From Macrostomum lignano (lineage: Eukaryota): a stretch of 64,000 nt of DNA. Made by a program: the position numbers and the translations under genes. Location of the stretch: positions 62,001 to 126,000 of the forward strand of contig NIVC01001089.1 of assembly GCA_002269645.1 (NCBI GenBank). The letters run 5' to 3'. Shown in pieces: positions 12,231-34,594 of the stretch (within the stretch, counting starts at the first letter, position 1; every line of letters starts with the position of its first letter). The notes below the pieces were generated by a model. The model ran no database searches, was not told the DNA's origin, and saw only the letters and a list, made by a program, of their open reading frames with translations.

Positions 12231-13235
12231 AATCTTAAAGGTTTGTGATGGACTACTACCGTAAGGCTTACTTAGATCTGTTAAAAGTTCAAAGCAGCTC
12301 ACCTGAAATTGTCAACAGTATTTGATCAATCGTCAAAAACGTAGAGACAAGTAGACTAAGAAATAAGAAATTAGTTCAAGACGCGATGCTTCACATGTTG
12401 AAAGTTATTCAAGTTTACCCGCCCAACGCTGCGACACCCACACAGTCTATAGTCCTGTAAGTTCAGCCACTGGCTTGCGCCACTGTCAACCAATCATCGT
12501 GCGCCCAGTGCTACCAACCGGCACTTTTTGGGGAATATAATCCTTTTTCTCTCCGTCTATCTGTCGCCATAGACTGACCATCCCTCCCATTGGTTTGTAT
12601 GCATGGCATGCTAATGGCATCCATTCTTTAAACACTGACTGGACTCCTGAGCTCTTTCTACCTCTCTATCACTGCGGCTATACCACCTCCTTTCATGGCA
12701 TTCATTCTCTCATCATAGCCCTGTTAATGTTCCCGTAGACTCACGAGGAAGTAGAGGCTCTTAGGACAGTCCAAATGGCTGCATGGGCTCTAATTAATAT
12801 GCCAAAGAAAGAGCTGAGGAAGGAAGGAAACAGGCAGAGGCAGAGGGTGGGAGCTGGCTCTACTTTCAATGATGGCGAGAGAAGGTAAAAGGGGAGAGAG
12901 AACCGTGAAGTCCCGTCCTGAGCTGAGCTCAATTAGTCGGTAATGCGACACTGGCCGTGTTTAGGCAAAGAAAAAAGCGCAAAAAGGAACTACAGGTGAA
13001 AAATCATGACTGAGCCTAAGAGAGTGAGAGAGTCAGCGGCATGCAATGAGCAAATGCAGCGTTTGAACAGATTTTTCAGCTGGGAAAAATTTTGGGACTC
13101 GCTTTTTATGAACTATTATAATGCAACCACGAGTTTCATTCGCAAATTATTCGTGTGCTTAAACTATTCGAAAAGGTTTACTTTTTCCAGCTCGAATTGT
13201 ATAGAGGAAAAATAGAAAAATTTCTATAAAGGATT

Positions 13236-13908
13236 GCATTAAGTACATTTCAGTGTTTATGGTCAGGCCATGCTATAAACTAGCATTAAGTACATTTCAG
13301 TGTGTATGGCCAGGCCATGTTATAAACTAGCATTAAGTACATTTCAGTGTCTATGGCCAGGCCATGCTATAAACTAGCATTAAGGACATTTCAGTGTCTA
13401 TGGTCAGGCCATGCTATAAACTAGCATTAAGTACATTTCAGTGTGTATGGCCAGGACATGCTATAAACTAGCATTAAGTACATTTCCGTGTCTATGGTCA
13501 GGCCATGCTATAAACTAGCATTAAGGACATTTCAGTGTCTATGGTCAGGCCATGCTATAAACTAGCATTAAGTACATTTCAGTGTGTATGGCCAGGACAT
13601 GCTATAAACTAGCATTAAGTACATTTCCGTGTCTATGGTCAGGCCATGCTATAAACTAGCATTAAGTACATTTCAGTGTTTATGGCCAGGCCATGCTATA
13701 AACTAGCATTAAGTACATTTCAGTGTTTATGGCCAGGCCATGCTATAAACTAGCATTAAGTACATTTCCGTGTTTATGGCCAGGCCATGCTATAAACTAG
13801 CATTAAGTACATTTCAGTGTCTATGGTCAGGCCATGCTATAAACTAGCATTAAGGACATTTCAGTGTCTATGGCCAGGCCATGCTATAAACTAGCATTAA
13901 GTACATTT
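13236..13908. repeat. Minisatellite, 47-bp unit GCATTAAGTACATTTCAGTGTCTATGG(T/C)CAGGCCATGCTATAAACTA
   Basis: Read directly, about 14 copies. Confidence 0.95.
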
Positions 13909-14447
13909 ATACGCCTACGAAAATGCTCGTAAATAACTCGTAATTACGCCCGCTCAACTACTAGTGGCCCTGAAAATACGAGTATTATTGCCTGACAAAG
14001 AAGTTTTAGGTCCTAAAATACTATAGTTTTTTCTCTAATTAATATTTAATCCTAGCGATTCAGTTTAGTGTGTGGATGAGCGAAGTGACTGAGTCTGGAT
14101 TTGGGAAGCAAACTCAGAAGCGGGATTTTTGGCACTTAATTGAATGCCAGTTTATGGAGTTTAAGACCCCGTTAGTGTCCCCTGTCTGCCTTTCGCTCAC
14201 AGGCAAATTAGTTAAAGAGAAGCAGTGCTAGCTACGCGGGAATTCAATCCAGTTCTTAGTTAATTAATTATTTATCTGAGCAATCACTGTTTCTGAGGCG
14301 CTGAAGTACATCGGACCTCCGGGCTTGCAGAATTCAATCACAATGGTTCTGCAATTGTAAATTTCACAACAGCCAGATGAAGGTGCAAAACATGTAGGAA
14401 AAATTACCCTATACCCGAAATTTTCCATTAACAAAACACACAACACT

Positions 14448-14975
14448 GAAATCAAGCGTCACCAAAATCAAGCGTCACCAAAATCAAGCGACACCAAAAT
14501 CAAGCGTCACCAAAATCAAGCGACACCAAAATCAAGCTTCACCAAAATCAAGCGTCACCAAAATCAAGCGTCACCAAAATCAAGCGACACCAAAATCAAG
14601 CTTCACCAAAATCAAGCGTCACCAAAATCAAGCGTCACCAAAATCAAGCGACACCAAAATCAAGCGTCACCAAAATCAAGCGTCACCAAAATCAAGCTTC
14701 ACCCAAATCTAGCGTCACCAAAATCAAGCGACACCAAAATCAAGCTTCACCAAAATCAAGCGTCACCAAAATCAAGCGTCACCAAAATCAAGCGACACCA
14801 AAATCAAGCTTCACCAAAATCAAGCGTCACCAAAATTAAGCAACACTAAAATCAAGCGTCACCAAAATCAAGCGCCAGCAAAATCAAGCGACACCAAAAT
14901 CAAGCTTCACCAAAAGCAAGCTTCACCAAAATCAAGCGCCACCAAAATCAAGCGACACCAAAATCAAGCGTCACC
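14448..14975. repeat. Minisatellite, 16-bp unit AAATCAAGCGTCACCA
   Basis: Read directly, about 33 copies. Confidence 0.95.
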
Positions 14976-15349
14976 ACAATATTATAACGACAGTACACTC
15001 AAATAGCGTTGTGCTGGTGACGCCATTTCGCCAGTGACTTTCTGCTGAAAGAAGAATCTCTTTGAAAAAGAGATCGGGTGAAGGATAGAGCAAGATACGG
15101 GTTCAGGGAGCCCCTGGCTTTGATGCGTACTTCAGTAACTTAGTGTGTATCGATGCAAATTGAATCTGCATTCGATTAGCTGAGCTGAGGCGAGTCTCTC
15201 TGCGTAAGACTTTCCAGGCATGCCGGAGCCTCAAGGCCTCGTGTGACTGTGTGTCTTTCAAAATAGTGAAGACCAAATGGATTCCGAACAGAACTTCGTC
15301 GATTTATGGGCGTGTCATAGGCTGAGGGGGATCGCCTATCACCGAATAC

Positions 15350-15455
15350 TCTGACACAGAATCCTCTGACACAGAATCCTCTGACACAGAATCCTCTGAC
15401 ACAGAATCCTCTGACACAGAATCCTCTGACACAGAATCCTCTGACACAGAATCCT
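15350..15455. repeat. Minisatellite, 15-bp unit CTCTGACACAGAATC
   Basis: About 7 perfect copies. Confidence 0.95.
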
Positions 15456-16624
15456 CAACACTATCTTCATGACGCAAACGTTTATTTTAAAGGACACTTT
15501 CTGCCTCGATCTGACATACCGAAATGGCATGGAGAATTTCTGCCCTTTGGCTAAAAGGTCGAATGCACCGTCCTCTTCCCCTCTCTCCTCCCCCTTTTGT
15601 TTCTTTGACTATCAATCACTGGCAAAAAATCTTTTGAGGACGAGTTTGTACACGACAAGTCGCGAGTTAGAAATCTTTCCTCGTCAAAGTCCCACACGCC
15701 ATAAAATCCTCTCCGTCTTTGATCCCAAATTCTTTGTAGAAAAGAAAATTTTGGCTATAGCTATAGCTTAGACAACGTGTGGCATTTCTGACCAGAGCTT
15801 TTTCGAGCGGATAATTTCGCATTCGGGTGATGAGACGTCTTATTAGTCAGGCATAGCAACGTATTTGCATATAGGTTGGGTTAGAGTGCAACTTAGGCAT
15901 CATTGATATATGCTGTAGTCAAAAAAGAAACTAACTGGGTAAAAGTTAAAGCAATTTTAGTTTATAGTGTGGCCGATTAAACTTCAAATTAATCGCAAAT
16001 TGAATCAGCAAAATAGTTTCTATAGTACAATTTTTCTTAGAAAAAAGCCGCTGAAAACCCCATATATAGAGATGATATTAAGAGGACATCCTAGATTTCA
16101 ATTGTACGTACTTGTAGTACTTTAAAAATAAGACTTTGGCTATTGCAAGTCTTTCAAAAATTCCAGATACTTATTTCAAGACTCATAAACTTCCTTCACC
16201 AGAATTCCAATTGCTTAGATTCAAGCTACTAATAGTAGACTGTAGCGATTCGAATTGGCTTGAATTTGAAATTTAAAGATTTGTTAGAATTGGTAAAATA
16301 CTAACTGTATAAACTGCTGAGGTTAATGCTTTTTTGCCGAATAAATAAGTCGGAGCATTTTTGAGACAGTCTTGCAGAATCGACGCATTCACTGTACTCA
16401 AAACAATTGAGAACTGTAATTAACAGGGTTGAATTGCCCTTGATTTTATTTGCTTTATTTGCTGGCAACTGGCAACTAAACTTTTAAGAGTTGTTTCGAT
16501 CCGTTTTGTACGAGCGTACCTTTAATTAATTCAAGCCAACCGCAATGTCTGGCGTTAATAGTCGTCATCAAAGTCGGCTACCGAATCTCCAGTGTGTTGG
16601 CCTCGCTTTCCAATGAATCCGTGA

Positions 16625-16850
16625 CGTCGTTTTCCTAAAAACGAATGGCGTCGTTTTCCTAGAAACGAATGGCGTCGCTTTCCCATAAAGGAGTGGCGTC
16701 GCTTTCCCATAAAGGAGTGGCGTCGCTTTCCTAGAAACGAGTGTCGTCGCTTTCCTAGAAACGAGTGTCGTCGCTTTCCTAGAAACGAGTGTCGACGCTT
16801 TCCTAGAAACGAGTGTCGACGCTTTCCTAGAAACGAGTGTCGTCGCTTCT
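16625..16850. repeat. Minisatellite, 24-bp unit GTGTCGTCGCTTTCCTAGAAACGA
   Basis: About 9 copies, read directly. Confidence 0.9.
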
Positions 16851-17024
16851 CAACACCTGGCTCGCCTTGCAGAAGCTTTTGCTCGACTAATTCCTCTATG
16901 CCGTGTTCAGAATCGGCAAAATCGATTGGCTCAAAGCTCGGTTGCTCTGAAACGGTGGGCGTTATCAGGTAAGTTAGCTACGTGGTTGTAACCTTTTACT
17001 AATAAAAGTCTTTAACTAATTAGG

Positions 17025-17245
17025 GCCAATCACCAAGGCACAGAGAGTGGCACCTGAAAATTAGAAATTCAGTGCGGCGATGCACACCCTGTGTGATTGT
17101 GCGTACAGTATTTGAGCGCTTGTATGTGCTCAGGAGTCAGTTGAATGGGCAGAATTGATGGTTGTAGGACCATGTCGCCGAAGGCTTTGTGCCAGGCAGT
17201 CCAAAACCCTCATGCAGTTATTATTGTTATTATTTATTATTGTTA
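17025..17245 (+). mobile_element. 5'-truncated copy of a second SINE family, (TTA)n tail
   Basis: Aligns by eye with the reverse complement of 49769-49990 (e.g. GCGCTTGTATG-TGCTCAGGAGTC, ATGTCGC, AACCC..TGC, TTA tail). Confidence 0.6.
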
Positions 17246-17979
17246 CTATATGTTCCTTGAGTCTCAGTACTCACTGCTGTTTACCCATTCACTTCTCGTA
17301 CCCTCATTCAATATATACGCCAAATAAGTGTTGCAATGCCATGCGTCGTATTACATCTGGAGTTGATTGCCTAGGATAATATTATTAATTAGTCAGTAAG
17401 AAATACCGAGGCATGGGGTTCATTAGCTCAGCGCGAGGGCGTCCGACATCCCCCGATAAAGCTTTCCCAGAGTGTGGTTCTGCGTGGGCGGTCACCGCAT
17501 CTGCTTGGGGGAAGTCACTGACGGATTCTTAGCCAGGAGGTCATGCTCCTGAGGACCAACTGTCGCAGGACTGAATATTTACACTGTCTGACAATGAGAA
17601 TAAGATATCTTAAGAGGTTTCGATCAGTTTCAAGAATTCTGATCTGGTATTGAAAATAATACTGACAACATATATTTAGAGACGCACATAGTTATCGACA
17701 ATGCCGTCGAACAAGAACACTTTTATCGAGTGCTCTTCTCGCAAGAATTTCTCAAGCCTTCCAACACAGCTTCAAAATGCATAAAAGATTTCTATTGACA
17801 TTGTAGGTGTATATAATAGCTCCATCTAAAACCCTGTAGTATTTAACACTCTCGAACTCTTACCAGGTACGTACTAATCCATGGAAAATAGAGCTATTTT
17901 TATTCCTGCTAAGCCCATTCCTAAGACTTTAGATTTGAGCCCGGAGCAACCGGTGTTCTCAGCCAGCTGGCAAACTTAC

Positions 17980-18058
17980 GGGCTCGGCTCGGCGGCACGG
18001 CGCTGATATCGATCAGCAACATGAGCACAGCAGCCGACCAGACTGGCAACAGCTTCAT
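17980..18058 (-). CDS. Candidate first coding exon encoding a signal peptide (MKLLPVWSAAVLMLLIDISAVPPSRA)
   Basis: ATG at 18058, classic n/h/c signal-peptide pattern, strong phase-1 donor C|GTAAGT after 17980, acceptor tcttcagtag| near 18135. Downstream exons unresolved. Confidence 0.5.
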
Positions 18059-18140
18059 GGCTTGTCGAATAGGGCTTGTTGTTATTTGAAGTGGACTTTT
18101 CCTGCGAATGGGTGTTTGTCAACTTGGTCATTAGACTACT

Positions 18141-18616
18141 GAAGACACAGTACAGAGGACACAATAGAGAGGACACACTAGAGAGGACACACTAGAGAGG
18201 ACACAATAGAGAGGACACACTACAGCGGACACAATAGAGAGGACATTATAGAGAGGACTAACTAGAGAGGAGACACTAGAGAGGACACACTAGAGAGGAC
18301 ACAATAGAGAGGACACGTTACAGCGGACACACTAGAGAGGACACACTAGAGAGGACACAATAGAGAGGACACAAAAGAGAGGACACAAAAGAGAGGACAC
18401 ACTAGAGAGGACACACTAGAGAGGACACACTAAAGAGGACACAAAAGAGAGGACACAAAAGAGAAGACACACTAGAGAGGACACACTAGAGAGGACACAC
18501 TAGAGAGGACACACTAGAGAGGACACACTAGAGAGGACACACTAGAGCGGACACACTAGAGAGGACACAAAAGAGAGGACACACTAGAGCGGACACAGTA
18601 CCGAAGACACAGTACA
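18141..18616. repeat. Minisatellite, 14-bp unit GAGAGGACACACTA
   Basis: Read directly; bracketed by GAAGACACAGTACA at 18141 and 18603. Confidence 0.95.
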
Positions 18617-19039
18617 AACGACTGTGTTTCGGAGTCAACCGAAGACGCGTAGTGATAGGACTTCGAAAGTAGTCTGCAGTCACTAAGGCAGCTTCCACTA
18701 AAGCTTATTGAGATGCATTTAAATAAACAGAAATTATGAGAACAGATGTAGATATGGATAAATTGACCTAAATAATGGACCATCCAAGACATTATATCCG
18801 GCTCAAGTATGGCATACAGCAAACCAAATGTAGAGATAATATCGTCTTACAGACGCTATTATTACAATTGCTAAACGAAATTCGGCGGAGACATGCTAGT
18901 CTAAAAGAAACATTTTGCATCTGATCAGTTTTGAATTTCTTTAGTTGTTAGAGTCGATAATTTATATTTTTATAACGATTCCAATGAAATGATAAATTTC
19001 GACGAACTTAGTGCAAAAGAAAATGGCTGGCCTCTCTTG

Positions 19040-19199
19040 GTAAGGCCCTGTCTCTTGGTGAGCGCCTCTGTCTTTTGGTTGGCGCCCCTCTCTTTTGGTG
19101 GGCGTCCCTGTCTCTGGGTTGGTGCCTCTGTCTCTTGGTGGGCGCCCCTGTCTCTTGGAGGGTGCCCCCTGTATCTTGGCAAGCCCCCGTCTCTTGGTG
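19040..19199. repeat. Diverged ~20-bp minisatellite GCGCCCCTGTCTCTTGGTGG
   Basis: About 8 degenerate copies. Confidence 0.8.
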
Positions 19200-19725
19200 G
19201 GAGAGGAGAGGAGAGAAGAGAAGAGGAGAGGAGAGGAGAGGAGAGGAGAGGAGAGAAGAGAAGAGGAGAGGAGAGGAGAGGAGAGGAGAGGAGAGGAGAG
19301 GAGAGGAGAGGAGAGGAGAGAAGAGAAGAGGAGAAGAGAGGAGAGGAGAGGAGAGGAGAGGAGAGGAGAGGAGAGGAGAGGAGAGGAGAGGAGAGGAGAA
19401 GAGAGGAGAGGAGAGGAGAGGAGAGGAGAGGAGAGAAGAGGAGAGGAAAGGAGAGGAGAGGAGAGAGGAGAGGAGAGGAGAGGAGAGGAGAGAAGAGGAG
19501 AGGAGAGGAGAGGAGAGGAGAAGAGAGGAGAGGAGAGGAGAGGAGAGGAGAGGAGAGGAGAGGAGAAGAGAGGAGAGGAGAGGAGAGGAGAGGAGAGGAG
19601 AGGAGAGGAGCGGAGAGGAGAGGAGAGGAGAGGAGAGGAGAGGAGAGGAGAGGAGAGGAGATGAGAGGAGAGGAGATGAGAGGAGAGGAGAGGAGAGGAG
19701 AGGAGAGGAGAGGAGAGGAGAGGAG
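19200..19725. repeat. (GAGAG)n pentanucleotide microsatellite
   Basis: Read directly. Confidence 0.97.
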
Positions 19726-20517
19726 GCTAGCCCGAACCCGGTAAGCCAGTGTTTTGGCATTGATTCTTTTACACATTTAGAATAAAGGCCATGGACCATA
19801 AACGGCAGCATGCATACAGGCAGGTAGGCAGTTGGCTGGCAAATAATTCTATCCAGAATCGATGAAGTCAAAGTTCGGTGGCGCGCCTCGGATTAGGACT
19901 CGCTCTCGCGCTAATCTTTAGGAAGAGATTGATTTCTCAATCCTCTAATACGGCTGAGCAAGAGAGGGAAAGGAGAATGAGAAGTTTGGCCATCAATTGC
20001 CAGAGTGACATAAACATCGCCCCCCCCCCCTACCCAAGTAATGCATCTCAGGCATCCATCCGCGTCCTTTCTTCGACTGCTTCCGACAGTGCCCGAAGCA
20101 GCTCTGGGCTGGGCCTGACCATCTTCTCTCCATTGCTGCAAATTCGAGCAATGAAAATCTTGGGATTGACTTGACTGACTACAGGCTGGGAGGCGGGCTA
20201 GGCTCGCTCACTTGGGGGCCCAATGGCAATGATTTATGCGCGCCCTCTCGCGAGACAGAATGGAAATCTTTTTTTGTCGCATTATCTACAGCCGAGGCCT
20301 GCATGGCAGGCCGTCTTTGCTCTTGCTCAGCTTCTTCCTCCATCGTCAGCTCGATTTCGCTGCTCAATCTTCATTTTCAAAATTCCTGCTCGCTTTCCGG
20401 AGACCGGAATGTGGGGCACTCCATTTCGGCTTATGAGCATCCTGTTCTGCTAATTCGGCTTGCTGAGCTTGTGTTTGCTGTCCAGATGGTGCTCACCAGT
20501 CACTGAGTCTGTCAACA

Positions 20518-21169
<652 letters not shown>

Positions 21170-21591
21170 ACACAGAAGTTCTTCTTGTCACCGTAAATCC
21201 ATGTTTGTTCAGAAGTTCTCCCCCGAGTTCGAAGGGGATAAAACTAGGCAGTTCTAATCAGCATTTTTAATCCATCGAAAAGTTTCGCTATACAACTGTG
21301 TTTGTCAAATTGGATTTAAGGTATGCCCGATACAACTAGGCAAGAGGGGGAGCTTGGGCGAAAGTCAAATTTGTCCTGGATCTTTCCTGGATGCAAAAAT
21401 GGTTATTTATTGAACAGGTTTAATTTAAAAAATCCAACGCTTTGTCAAACAGCCAGAAGTGCCTGTTTCTTGCCAATTGTAAAAATAAATTGTTCGCAAA
21501 CATACGCTGTTGCAGAGAATGCAAACAAATCCGAAAAAAACTGAAACTATTCATGCAAATTTTTAAGAGAAAGATAAACAAAAGATAAACA

Positions 21592-22300
21592 CAGAGTGAA
21601 GCAGCGAGTGAGACAGTTAGGCCATAGACACAGGGTGAAGCATTATCTACAGCCAGTTAGGCCATAGACACAGAGTGAAGCCTTATCTACAGCCAGTTAG
21701 GCCATAGACACAGAGTGAAGCCTTATCTACAGCCAGTTAGGCCATAGACACAGAGTGAAGCATTATCTACAGCCAGTTAGGCCATAGACACAGGGTGAAG
21801 CATTATCTACAGCCAGTTAGGCCATAGACACAGAGTGAAGCCTTATCTACAGCCAGTTAGGCCATAGACACAGAGTGAAGCATTATCTACAGCCAGTTAG
21901 GCCATAGACACAGAGTGAAGCCTTATCTACAGCCAGTTAGGCCATAGACACAGAGTGAAGCATTATCTACAGCCAGTTAGGCCATAGACACAGGGTGAAG
22001 CATTATCTACAGCCAGTTAGGCCATAGACACAGAGTGAAGCCTTATCTACAGCCAGTTAGGCCATAGACACAGAGTGAAGCATTATCTACAGCCAGTTAG
22101 GCCATAGACACAGGGTGAAGCATTATCTACAGCCAGTTAGGCCATAGACACAGGGTGAAGCATTATCTACAGCCAGTTAGGCCATAGACACAGGGTGAAG
22201 CATTATCTACAGCCAGTTAGGCCATAGACATATTCAGAGTGAAGCAGCGAGTGAGACAGTTAGGCCATAGACACATTTAAAGTAAATGCAGCGAGTGAGA
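21592..22300. repeat. Minisatellite, 40-bp unit TTAGGCCATAGACACAG(A/G)GTGAAGC(A/C)TTATCTACAGCCAG
   Basis: About 15 core copies with two biallelic positions; variant units at both flanks. Confidence 0.95.
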
Positions 22301-23739
22301 TAGTTAGGCCATATACACAAACAAGTTAGAAGTCATACACATTGTAAAAAGGTCCAACTTACAGTGCAATTTGAACGCAGAACGCTGTCCTAGAAGAGCA
22401 GCTAACGCAGGACTCGTCAAAAGACAGTGGGCGTGTTCGCTTGTCTTCTTACTTGTTTAAAAGAAACTTTTTTCGACTAACGTGGCAGTGGAAGCAATTC
22501 TGAACTCGGGCCATTATAAATACTATAAATGAGTTTGGAGTTGCCACAGCCAATGAGAAGCTTTCTAAGTAGCTAGCTTCATCTTTGCACGCATCCCCAA
22601 ATCCAGGAAACAGGCGTTATAGGCTGCTTTTAGCATGGCTGAATGCGAAAAGAAAGAATAGCGATTGACAATGGTTGAGGAAGCAGAGACATCTGTAGTA
22701 GGCGTTGTTTTGCTAAAAGCTACTCTGCATAAGGCAGGACACTTTCTCTGACAATTTCTCAGGTTGAAACATTGAGAATTGAACGACAGAAGACTTTCCT
22801 TCCAGAAGAAGTAATCTTGCGTTTTTGCATTGTTTCATCCTGATGGTGTTTAATAGTGGCATGATGGCTCGACCGCCTACTAAAAGCAGTTTGAGTGCCT
22901 TGCATGTCGTTGCCACATATTTGTCAATCAGGCTCACTAAGCCGGCAGAACTCATGACCAATGCTCAATGCATTCAAGACTGCATAGCAACAGCAATCTC
23001 GACCTGTGCGCGTATATTTCCAGAGGAATTCAAGAAACAAATCTACATTTATGGAAAGTTTCGAATTGGGGAAGAATAAAAACGCAATTACTCCCGTCTC
23101 AGGTAGGTCCGAAATGACGCCACTGGATTTGATGTCTGGTGTCTGCAAGAAGTCAGTAAATGCTTGACCAGTTAGTTAGCTCAGTCTAAATACAGCGCTA
23201 AAATATGAATTGTTAAACATGTTAATGGAGCTAACAACTGAAGCAGCTGCTGTAAGCCAACAATCCAAAAATAGTTCCATTAAGAATGGCACACATTTTA
23301 ACAGTTCTTCTCGCACGAGGCGCTCCCACGCCCACTCAGACTCCTTCAGAGACAGAGTCAGTCAGCTTTTTTGTTCATCCTCGCCTCACAGTCAGTTTAA
23401 TCTACGGTACAGTGCTTGGCTTAAGTTTATTTTTTAACTTTTTAACTCCAATAAGCGAGCGAGAGAGAGCGCGTTTTAAGTAAGAAAAACGGATTTTTGC
23501 GTAAACTTACTGTATTATCCATGATGATCGACCGTTAGTTAGTTCAGGTTAGGAAAAATCTAAAAAAAGATGCAGTTCTATCGTGTTAACATTTTTAGGC
23601 CTTAAAGAAGTGTTTAAATTTATCGTAAATCTATTTTTGACCATAAATTGGGTTCTATTTTAAGCCTTGTCGTGGGTATCTTTCACGACGACTGAGTGGC
23701 GTCGTTTCTATATGCTAGTCTTCCAGTGAGCGTCCTTCA

Positions 23740-24180
23740 AACTGATATCATCACTATTTTATGCCATCCAATGGGTGTCGTTCAAAGTGACGTCATTTCT
23801 ACTTCAAGTAATCCAATCAGTGATGTTCAAAGTGACGACGTCATTTCTATTTTAAGCCACCCAATGGGTGTCGTTCAAAGTGACGACATTTCTTTTTCAG
23901 CCACCCAATGGGTGTCGTTCAAAGTGATGTCATTTCTTTTTCAGCCACCCAATGGGTGTCGTTCAAAGTGACGTCATTTCTTTTTTAACCACCTGATGGA
24001 TTTCGTTCAAAGTGACATCATTTCTATTTTTAGTCACCTAATTGTGTCGCTCAAACTGATATCATTTATATTTTAAGCCATTCAATGGGCGTCGTTCAAG
24101 CTGATGTCCTTTCTATTTTTAGCCACCCAACGAGTCTCATTCAAATTAACGTCATTTCTACATTCGATTGCAGCAGATAT
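23740..24180. repeat. Diverged ~47-bp minisatellite (CCAATGGGTGTCGTTCAAAGTGACGTCATTTCT...)
   Basis: About 9 degenerate copies. Confidence 0.8.
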
Positions 24181-24326
24181 CGATCAGATTGATATCATTT
24201 TTATTTTGGATGTTGCAACGATGCCTCCCTCGGGAACTTAAATTATATTTTTTCATAAACGTTTTTATCGTTCGCTGGGATAATTATGAAATAATTTCTA
24301 TCTGATCATGCGTTTCAACATCAATT

Positions 24327-32786
<8,460 letters not shown>

Positions 32787-34236
32787 TGCTGCCGCTGTGG
32801 GGTCCAAAGCGACACATTGGGGAGGGTAAAAAGGCTTAAATTCAGGCTTAGTATAGGGGGACACAGACGCACCAGCCAATGGGATTTGTCGAGAGAATGC
32901 CTCGACTCACAGATCGTTGCCAACTTGTCCAGACGGTGCAGTCTAACGTATTTAGTGTCAAATCTACCAACAACGTAGAGTAGTGGTAGCACACTAATGC
33001 AAAATCAGTGTACACATATAGATTAAAGTGCAATGCAAAATACCGGGAGCTGGACTTGAGTTTGTTCAAGATTCAGTCCATTTGAGCAAATATTAAAACA
33101 GATGATGTGCTCCAATCCGCCAACATCTCTCGCTCCGCTTCGTCTCTGCTCTGCTTTAATCGCTAAATTTGATCCACGCGCGCTGACCAAGCAAATGTTT
33201 ATTTTCTGGGAGTTTTTCTCTAGTAAAAATACTATATCAAGCCTATACTATCTCTTGTCAAATAGATTTTGCTCAAATCTACATTAGGCATTTAGAATGT
33301 TAGGATTTATCCAAATGTAATTTTCGAACCATCAAAGCTATAGATATTTATAATTATGGCTGCTGACAAATGGAATGAAGCCCTGACAGTTGCTGCAGTT
33401 CATTCCACTGTTGCTATGCATGATTGAGAGAAAATCATCTAAAAAGACAGTTAATGAGTCCCATTAGCCCTCTCAGCGAGTCTTCAGCCAGTGCACTTAT
33501 CTAGTTTGCTTCACTTCCTTCTTCACCTTGTCGAGATGAGGTGAAGCAAATCAACCAATGCATTTGAGAAGACTTTTCAGCATTCGACATTCGATCTCAT
33601 AACTCTTCCTGACAGATCAGTGATTGGGACAGCCGTTATGTAATCTCGAGAGCTGATTTCATACTTCGGATGTAGATGGTGCATTTGCAGAAGTGGCAGT
33701 TTCTGGGAAACTTGATCTGATTACCAAAATGATAATTTGGTCCTGCACCTGGTTGACCAGATGGGCAGCCAGCACAACTAAGCGCTGGACCTCAGGATTA
33801 CCCGCAAATAATAAAGATCAGAATGCTAACCGCGCCCAAGTGTGCTTAACCTGACCACTTGGCTAGCAACCCACGTAGTTATACTGTCTGTTAATATTAG
33901 TAAATCTTGTTTGAATTTTTCATTTGTAATATTTTTCCAGTGTAGTTCGCCGTCTTTACCGGTATGACTCATCGCACCTGAGCTGCCTTCGAACTGATAA
34001 ATCTGACTAATAAAAATCTCCCTTAGAAGTGTTTGAGCTGATTGATTAATCGCGAAAAAACGGTTGCAACGCGGGGCTTGGGGGCTGATAGACTGGGAAG
34101 AGAAGACTTGGGGTCTATTCCTCGTCCCTAGGAGTAAATGGGGATTTGATTTGCACATCTGAGTGAGCTGGCCAGAGGGGAACTCCGGGTGGCCGGGGGG
34201 ATCGGGAACGGAACAGGAGCGAAGACTGACGAAATT

Positions 34237-34500
34237 ATGATGATGATGATGGAGATTTGGGACTTTGAGGACTGCAGTGTAAGTTGGAATGGCAATAGAG
34301 ATATCGTGGCGGCGAGGGGATAGAGAGGATTATTTTCCCCGAGCCCGCGAGGAGAGGCTGAAGCAGTAAATCATCAATCCCAGCTCTCATTGAGACCGCG
34401 CCACTCGAGGCGGTGTCCATTTTCATATTTTCTATTTGGCTTCATGAGCTTAGCAATTCCATCTGTGACAAAGGTAAAGCTGCCCTGGTACTGACGTAGG
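34237..34500 (-). mobile_element. Possible LINE (RTE-like) 3' remnant with (CAT)n tail
   Basis: Minus-strand ...GHRLEWRGL... resembles the R-x2-W-R motif near RTE ORF C-termini and is followed by an (ATC)n tail. Short and degenerate. Confidence 0.3.
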
Positions 34501-34511
34501 TACAGGGGTAG

Positions 34512-34513
34512 AT

Positions 34514-34594
<81 letters not shown>

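Noticed and set aside
14264-14455. Cys-rich ORF resembling an insulin A chain (CCEIYNCRTIVIEFC)
   Set aside because: Spacing is CC-x4-C-x7-C rather than CC-x3-C-x8-C, there is no B chain, and no consistent splice context.
17410-17470. tRNA/SINE head GGGGTTCATTAGCTCAGCG
   Set aside because: A-box-like only; no B box and no second copy seen in the window.
32787-32879. Kinase start at 32879 as given by the ORF track
   Set aside because: That codon is TTG; the first in-frame ATG is at 32786, though an upstream exon cannot be excluded.
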